DNA of 32,769 bases from Candidatus Iainarchaeum sp. (GTDB lineage Archaea; Iainarchaeota; Iainarchaeia; Iainarchaeales; UBA10191): contig JAUSFL010000021.1 of the NCBI GenBank assembly GCA_030649735.1, forward strand, positions 1 to 32,769, written 5' to 3'. The translations under genes and the position numbers were made by a program. The notes under the pieces were generated by a model, which did not search any database, had not been told where the DNA came from, and saw only the letters and a program-made list of their open reading frames with translations. Positions 27,687 through 32,769 of the stretch are shown piece by piece; the first letter of the stretch is position 1, and every line of letters begins with the position of its first letter.

Positions 27687-28234
27687 GGTGTTTTAAAATA
27701 GCCGAAGAACACGAAGCATTACAGCTTGACACCAGAAGCAGGCTTTACAATGAAATCCGCAAAAGCCCCGGCCTGCACTTTCGAGAGCTTCAAAGGCGCG
27801 TGAACATGGCCACTGGAGCCCTCCAGTACCACTTGGATTATTTGGGAAAAAAATCACTCATTAAAAGCGAACGCGTTGAAAACACTAAAAGATTTTTTGT
27901 AATGCAGTCAAAGCGCATTGAAGGCGAAGAGCAAATAATGCCTTTCTTAAGGCAGGAAAAAACCCGCCACATCCTAATGGCAATGCTTTCCGGAAGAAAA
28001 AACACCATTCAAAGCCTTGCGCGAAAAACCCAAACCCCTTACAGCACTACGTCCAGGCTGCTTGACAAAATAGTCAGGGCAGGAGTTTCGCAAAAAACGC
28101 GCAAAAGCAAGCAAATACACTATATTCTTGAAAAGCCGGAAAACATTACTGAAATGCTCATAACTTACAGGAAAAGCTTCCTTGACGACTTGGTTGACGA
28201 GTTTGTCGCGACAGTGCAAGAATTAAAAACCTGA
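27683..28234 (+). CDS. Double winged helix-turn-helix transcriptional regulator (ArsR/HTH_24-like)
   Basis: RSRLYNEIRKSPGLHFRELQRR..MATGALQYHLDYL; second HTH around LARKTQTPYSTTSRLL; start uncertain (ATG 27683 or ATA 27698). Confidence 0.85.
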   Translation: MRCFKIAEEHEALQLDTRSRLYNEIRKSPGLHFRELQRRVNMATGALQYHLDYLGKKSLIKSERVENTKRFFVMQSKRIEGEEQIMPFLRQEKTRHILMAMLSGRKNTIQSLARKTQTPYSTTSRLLDKIVRAGVSQKTRKSKQIHYILEKPENITEMLITYRKSFLDDLVDEFVATVQELKT

Positions 28235-28257
28235 ACTGCGTCAAATTTAATGATTTT

Positions 28258-28896
28258 ATGATAATGGACATTGAGCAAAGCCTGAAAACATGCAAAAAGC
28301 ACAGGCTGCCTGTGGCAGAGTTTGCAATTGCAAAAACACCAAAGCAGGCAGTGGATGCTGGAAAAAAGCTTGGCTATCCGCTTGTTTTGAAGATCATAAG
28401 CCAGCAAATACTTCACAAGACTGAAGCAGGCTGCGTCAAGGTTGGAGTTAGTGGAGAAAAAGAAGTTTCCAAGGCATTTGAAGAAATTGAAGAAAACGCC
28501 AAAAAATTCGATAAAAAAGCCAAAATTGAAGGCGTGCTTTTGCAAAAAATGAGCAAGGGAATTGAATTGATTGTTGGCGGAAAAAAAGACGAGCAATTCG
28601 GGCACGCAGTAATTCTAGGAATTGGCGGAACCGCAGTTGAAGTCTACAAGGACTATTCAATGAGAATCTGCCCAATAACCGAGCAAGACTTTGAAGAAAT
28701 GCTTTCAGAAATCAAGGGCAAAAAACTCCTTGAAGGCTTTCGGGGAAGCAAGCCAATAAACAAGGAAATTTTGAAAGCCATTGTTTTGAAGACTTCAGAA
28801 ATGCTTGTTTCAGAACGCATCAAAGAGCTTGACTTGAACCCGGTAATGTGCAATGACAAGGAATGCACGATTGTTGACGCAAGAATCATCAAATAA
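28258..28896 (+). CDS. acdB: Acetate--CoA ligase (ADP-forming) beta subunit, ATP-grasp
   Basis: LGYPLVLKIISQQILHKTEAGCV, GVLLQKM..GIELIVG..D.QFG, IKELDLNP, IVDARI. Confidence 0.9.
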   Translation: MIMDIEQSLKTCKKHRLPVAEFAIAKTPKQAVDAGKKLGYPLVLKIISQQILHKTEAGCVKVGVSGEKEVSKAFEEIEENAKKFDKKAKIEGVLLQKMSKGIELIVGGKKDEQFGHAVILGIGGTAVEVYKDYSMRICPITEQDFEEMLSEIKGKKLLEGFRGSKPINKEILKAIVLKTSEMLVSERIKELDLNPVMCNDKECTIVDARIIK

Positions 28897-28908
28897 CGCG
28901 CGATTTTA

Positions 28909-29322
28909 ATGATTAGAAAAAAACCAGCCCTGTTTTTAATCAAAAAGAAAATTGAAAGCCAAAGACTGCTCAAACCCATTGTGAATCGGAAACTGCTTCG
29001 CGAAAGAATGGAAAGGCAGCAAAAAATTAATGAAACACTCTCTTTCGCACTAAAGCTTAAAGCAGGAGATTTTCAGGCCAGAAAGCCAAAGCCTTGGGAA
29101 CTAAAAAACGGCGCTTGGATTGTCTGCGACTTTTCAAGAGACGGCAAAAGCAAGGCAATTGGATTAATTACTGACTCTTTCCAAAGAGACAGAAGAAAAT
29201 TCCTGATGGTAAAGGCGGTTTTTGTCACTGACTTAACGCAGGAAAAAAGCTTCAGGAAAATAAAAGGAGAATCCCACCTTTCAGTGCTTGCAGAAAACGT
29301 GTTATTGGTTGAAAGCAACTAA
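28909..29322 (+). CDS. Basic hypothetical protein
   Basis: Open frame 12 nt after acdB; K/R-rich N-terminus and beta-rich C-terminal half. Confidence 0.6.
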   Translation: MIRKKPALFLIKKKIESQRLLKPIVNRKLLRERMERQQKINETLSFALKLKAGDFQARKPKPWELKNGAWIVCDFSRDGKSKAIGLITDSFQRDRRKFLMVKAVFVTDLTQEKSFRKIKGESHLSVLAENVLLVESN

Positions 29323-29365
29323 TAGTTTTAAAAAACAGCAAATATTCCATGCAATAAGCCAGCTT

Positions 29366-30118
29366 TCAAACCGGCTTTGCTCTTTCCCACTCTTGAAGGT
29401 AGAATTTCCTGTAATGCTCGAAAAGGCCGTCGCTTGAAATGACCACTGCAGTCTTTGACTCTGAAATAAAATCAAGAATTATTATTTTTTTGGCAAACAA
29501 GACTGTTGTTGCTGGAAAAATGATTTTTGAAAACCTGACGAACTTCCTGATGTCCTTCCACCTGTCCTTGTAAATTCCAGTATAAATTTGCATTGATTTC
29601 ACATTATCCATGAGCTTCACGCCGAGCTTCTTGTAATACCTCAATGTGCCGATCTTGTTCCAGAATTCTATGACTTCTTCAAACTTGTTTTCTTCGGCAA
29701 TTGAAAAGCCAAGCCATTCGTCGCCTTCTTTTGAATTCTCTATCAAATTGACAAAAAGGCTCTTTATGGAATTCATTCCTTCATACACTTCCACAGCCTG
29801 GCGGTTTTCCGAAAAAACCATTATCTGCCTCATTTTAGGCACTGCTTCCTCAATTTCCCTTTGCTTGTCCTTGATTGCCGAAAGCAGCATTTGAGGGTCT
29901 GAAGCCTGAAAATATTTGGTTTTTCCTTTAATCACATAATTGGCAAACCCTTTTGCCCTCAAGGAGTCAAGGACAACATAAATTTTTGATTGCGGAACTC
30001 CACACTTTTTCACTAGGGGGCCTGTTGTAGTGCTGCCAAGGTGCAGCAGCGCAACATACACTCTAGACTCCCAATTGTTAAGCCCGGCATCCGAAAGTAT
30101 TTTGTCAAACTCCAACAA
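29366..30118 (-). CDS. TrmB-family transcriptional regulator
   Basis: GLNNWESRVYVALL..G.TT......GVPQSKIY.VL.SL..KG; VEVYEG link to C-terminal sensor domain; TTG start (30118 or 30115). Confidence 0.9.
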   Translation of the reverse strand: MLEFDKILSDAGLNNWESRVYVALLHLGSTTTGPLVKKCGVPQSKIYVVLDSLRAKGFANYVIKGKTKYFQASDPQMLLSAIKDKQREIEEAVPKMRQIMVFSENRQAVEVYEGMNSIKSLFVNLIENSKEGDEWLGFSIAEENKFEEVIEFWNKIGTLRYYKKLGVKLMDNVKSMQIYTGIYKDRWKDIRKFVRFSKIIFPATTVLFAKKIIILDFISESKTAVVISSDGLFEHYRKFYLQEWERAKPV

Positions 30119-30127
30119 ACCACCAAC

Positions 30128-30160
30128 TACTACCTACAATAGGAGTAAATAATTTATAAA
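30128..30160. promoter_or_regulatory. Divergent promoter: palindromic TATA box plus imperfect inverted repeat (operator candidate)
   Basis: TTTATAAA at 30153-30160; TACTACCTA-CAA-TAGGAGTA at 30128-30147. Confidence 0.5.
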
Positions 30161-30196
30161 TATATGGCCTGCGGAAAATAAGTAAGGTGTGAACAA

Positions 30197-31564
30197 ATGA
30201 AAAAGAAAGCAAAACAGCCTTTGGAGAAAGTAAAAGCGCTAAGCAACTGGATAAGCAGGGCACCGGCAATATTCAGCTATCCTGTGCTTTACACAGAGTT
30301 CCTGGCAAGCCAAGATGAAAACTCGCAAAAAATCAAAAAAATGCTAAGCGCGGGAATTGTAGAACGCTTTGGAAAATGCCATAGTTTCAACGACGAACCG
30401 CGTTTTGAGCAGTATTACGCGCAACACGGGTTTGATGCTAACGAGAACCTGCACGGCAGCTCAGTTGACCTGGATGCAGAAAGAGCCAAAATCAAGGCAA
30501 TCGGAGAATGCTTCGAAAGGCTTTCGCTAATAATGCCAAGAACTGCCAAAACAATAAATGCCAGTTTTGAAGAGCTTTCCCAGCTCAAAAAGCAAGCCAT
30601 TAATCCTGCAGAATGCCTGAACTTTCCAGACAAGTACTTGCCAGTTCCGAGAAAAGAATACGAGGAAGTCTTGAGAAAAGACAGGATGAAATGGGTTTTG
30701 GGAAAAAACATTCTTGACAACAGCCCGGCATTCCTGCCATACCAGCTTGTTTTCCTGCCGACCACGAAGGAATTCGGGTCAGACCCATTGATCAGGAACC
30801 CAATAACCACTGGAACAGCTTGCGGCGACAGCTTTGAAGACGCAGCATACCGAGGATTGATGGAATGCGTTGAAAGAGATTCCAACATGCTTTCATGGCT
30901 TGCAAAAAGAGAAGTTCCAAGAATCATTCTAGACACTAAATTCTTTGCAGAAATAGAAAAATATCTTGCAAGATACTCGCTAAAGCTATTCGTGTGGGAT
31001 TTCACCACAGACATCGGAATTCCATCAATAATGGCAGTAATAACAGACGATTCAGGCCTGGGGCCCGCGGTTTCTGCAGGAACAAAAGCAGACTTAAACC
31101 CATCAAAAGCAGTTACAGGCGCAATTTATGAAGCACTCCACAGCAGGTTCTGGATAAGAAGCATTTACTACACAAGAAAGACAAGAATAACAAGGCCGAG
31201 CCAAATAATAGACCTGCAAGACAGGGGACTATACTGGTTTGACAGAAAAATGCTGAAAAACATCGACTTCTTGATTTACGCAAAAAAAAGCGTGAAACTT
31301 TCAAAAATGAACGACCTGTCAACACAGGAAAATTCAAAGCTTGCCCTTGCCGCAAAAATGCTCAAGCAAAAAAACATTGAATCATACCTGATTGACATAA
31401 CTCTTCCAGCAGTCAAAAATGCAGGATTTCACGTGGTAAGGACAATAGCGCCAGAACTGCATCCAATGCACTTGAACGAAAACAACCCATACCATTACAG
31501 CAAAAGACTGGAAGAATTGCTTAAAGGCTGGAAAGTCAATGAAATTCCCGCGCCATTCCTGTGA
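30197..31564 (+). CDS. ycaO: YcaO-family cyclodehydratase, stand-alone
   Basis: AKIKAIGECFER, TTGTACG, AAYRGLMECVERD ATP-binding motifs; DFTTDIGIP; Pro-rich C-terminus IPAPFL; AAGGTG RBS. Confidence 0.92.
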   Translation: MKKKAKQPLEKVKALSNWISRAPAIFSYPVLYTEFLASQDENSQKIKKMLSAGIVERFGKCHSFNDEPRFEQYYAQHGFDANENLHGSSVDLDAERAKIKAIGECFERLSLIMPRTAKTINASFEELSQLKKQAINPAECLNFPDKYLPVPRKEYEEVLRKDRMKWVLGKNILDNSPAFLPYQLVFLPTTKEFGSDPLIRNPITTGTACGDSFEDAAYRGLMECVERDSNMLSWLAKREVPRIILDTKFFAEIEKYLARYSLKLFVWDFTTDIGIPSIMAVITDDSGLGPAVSAGTKADLNPSKAVTGAIYEALHSRFWIRSIYYTRKTRITRPSQIIDLQDRGLYWFDRKMLKNIDFLIYAKKSVKLSKMNDLSTQENSKLALAAKMLKQKNIESYLIDITLPAVKNAGFHVVRTIAPELHPMHLNENNPYHYSKRLEELLKGWKVNEIPAPFL

Positions 31565-31573
31565 GGTGAAAAA

Positions 31574-32344
31574 ATGCTACAAGCGTCAAAAGAATACCTG
31601 AAAAAAGCAGTTCCAATACTGGACGTTCCATTAGCCAACACTACAGTGGACAAGCTTCCGGAATCATGGCTGAAAATATTCTACAAAGAATACCCGCGCT
31701 TCAAAAGCTTGCAGTTGCAAACAAACAGCGGAAAAACAAGCCTGGACTTGCTATTGCTCAAAAGAGAAAGCGCGAGAAAATTCTCCAAAAAGCCAATAAG
31801 CTTCAAGGCAATTTCAGACATCATTTACTGGTCTTGCGCAGAAAAGCCAAAACTGAAAAACACTTCATTCCCGAGAAGAATGTATCCTTCAGGCGGCGGA
31901 AGATACCCAATTGAAGCATACCTGTTGGCATTCAACATTGAAGGCTTGAACAAAGGAATATACCATTATAACGTAAAAGAAAACAGGCTTGAGCTCTTGC
32001 TTGAAGAAGACACCTCAAAAGAGACCAATAAAATAATGTTCAACCAGCTTGAAAACCCCGCGGGAGTCATTGTTCTTTCACCAACAATGAGCCGAATCGA
32101 AGTCAAGTACGGAACAATCGCGCTAATGATAGCACTCTTGGAAACAGGCCACATTGGCCAAAACATATGCCTTAAAGCAACAGAACAAGGAATTGGCTCT
32201 TGCGCAATAACTGGCTTTGAAAGGAACGCAATGGCCTGCCTTTTGGACCTTGATGCAGAAGAAGAGATTCCAGTATACTGCATAGCATTAGGAATTACCC
32301 ACAAAGGGAGTAAACAATCATTTAATACTTCAAAAAAGAAATAG
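31574..32344 (+). CDS. SagB/ThcOx-family FMN-dependent azoline dehydrogenase
   Basis: KRESARKF, RRMYPSGGGRYP, GIYHY, VKYG (Lys-Tyr motif), LETGHIGQN; GAGGTGA RBS. Confidence 0.92.
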   Translation: MLQASKEYLKKAVPILDVPLANTTVDKLPESWLKIFYKEYPRFKSLQLQTNSGKTSLDLLLLKRESARKFSKKPISFKAISDIIYWSCAEKPKLKNTSFPRRMYPSGGGRYPIEAYLLAFNIEGLNKGIYHYNVKENRLELLLEEDTSKETNKIMFNQLENPAGVIVLSPTMSRIEVKYGTIALMIALLETGHIGQNICLKATEQGIGSCAITGFERNAMACLLDLDAEEEIPVYCIALGITHKGSKQSFNTSKKK

Positions 32345-32361
32345 GTTTAGGAGGCGAGAAA

Positions 32362-32559
32362 ATGAATGCAATAAAACTAACACCGCAAATGATACTCGGG
32401 TTTTCCGGAGAGTCAAGCTGCAGTTGCAGCGAAATAATGGCAAAAGAGCTCTTGCGCAAAATCAGGGAAAAAAGCAAGGCAATAAAATACAGCACACAGC
32501 CATCAGCAGCAAGACTTGGCGAACTCCTGGGGCACATAAAAGAAATTGAAGAAGTATAA
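32362..32559 (+). CDS. 65-aa peptide, candidate RiPP precursor
   Basis: GGAGG RBS at 32350-32354, 17 nt gap after the dehydrogenase gene; GFSGESSCSCSE tract at aa 13-24. Confidence 0.6.
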   Translation: MNAIKLTPQMILGFSGESSCSCSEIMAKELLRKIREKSKAIKYSTQPSAARLGELLGHIKEIEEV

Positions 32560-32623
32560 AATTCAAAATATTAAACTGCTGCAGTTTGCACTCGCTTAGC
32601 CATGCGCAAAAAATAAAAAACAA

Positions 32624-32630
32624 TTATAAA
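32624..32630 (+). promoter_or_regulatory. TATA-box candidate for the aminotransferase gene
   Basis: TTATAAA after an A-rich BRE-like tract, ending about 21 nt before ATG 32652 (leaderless geometry). Confidence 0.5.
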
Positions 32631-32651
32631 CCCAAAAGCGCTAATTTTAGC

Positions 32652-32769
32652 ATGGCATTCAGCGGCTTAAGCAAGAGGATTCGCGAGCTTCCGAAAAGCA
32701 ATTTTCCCGCAATCATTAAAATGGCTGAAGAAGACAAGAGCATTATTTCCTTAGGCATTGGAGAGCCTG
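32652..32769 (+). CDS. PLP-dependent aminotransferase class I/II, N-terminus only (runs off window)
   Basis: Not in ORF track. Manual translation MAFSGLSKRIRELPKSNFPAIIKMAEEDKSIISLGIGEP matches the ISLGIGEPD N-terminal motif. Confidence 0.8.
   Translation, partial: MAFSGLSKRIRELPKSNFPAIIKMAEEDKSIISLGIGEP

Noticed and set aside
30415-31014. 199-aa minus-strand ORF inside ycaO
   Set aside because: Antisense shadow with no independent coding signal.
30197-31564. YcaO as a TfuA-associated thioamidation enzyme (McrA-type)
   Set aside because: No tfuA or mcr genes in the window; the adjacent SagB dehydrogenase and Pro-rich tail point to azoline chemistry.
32574-32588. Short palindrome AAACTGCTGCAGTTT after the peptide gene
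   Set aside because: Only a 6-bp stem with a 3-nt loop; too weak to call a terminator.
32652-32769. Aminotransferase as a tailoring enzyme of the RiPP locus
   Set aside because: Separated by 92 nt with its own TATA candidate, and only 39 codons are visible; linkage cannot be supported.

Overview
Archaeal chromosomal window. Evidence for Archaea: Nop5 and fibrillarin, NMD3, two beta-CASP nucleases, a TrmB regulator, ADP-forming acetate-CoA ligase beta subunit, TATA-like boxes, and tRNAs without encoded CCA. Gene content and the giant N-terminally anchored surface protein suggest a DPANN lineage, most likely Iainarchaeota/Diapherotrites (inference). Left 10.3 kb: four co-oriented minus-strand genes for secreted or membrane-anchored surface proteins. 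The last runs off the window edge and is missing from the ORF track; it encodes signal peptide + dockerin-like Ca-binding repeat + SGNH/SASA acetylesterase. Middle: mostly housekeeping genes (glyS, M29 aminopeptidase, NMD3, tRNA-Arg(CCT), tRNA-Thr(CGT)) mixed with orphan genes. Here nop5 and fibrillarin are separated by two tandem RimJ/RimL-type GNATs flanked by a 12-bp direct repeat, and Nop5 carries 14 RGDFKP-like hexapeptide repeats. Right end: a compact candidate RiPP locus (divergent TrmB regulator, stand-alone YcaO, SagB-type dehydrogenase, 65-aa peptide with an SSCSCS tract). This is the best candidate for an undescribed system. No CRISPR array, integrase, transposase or rRNA was seen. 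All family calls come from motif recognition by eye; no searches were run.
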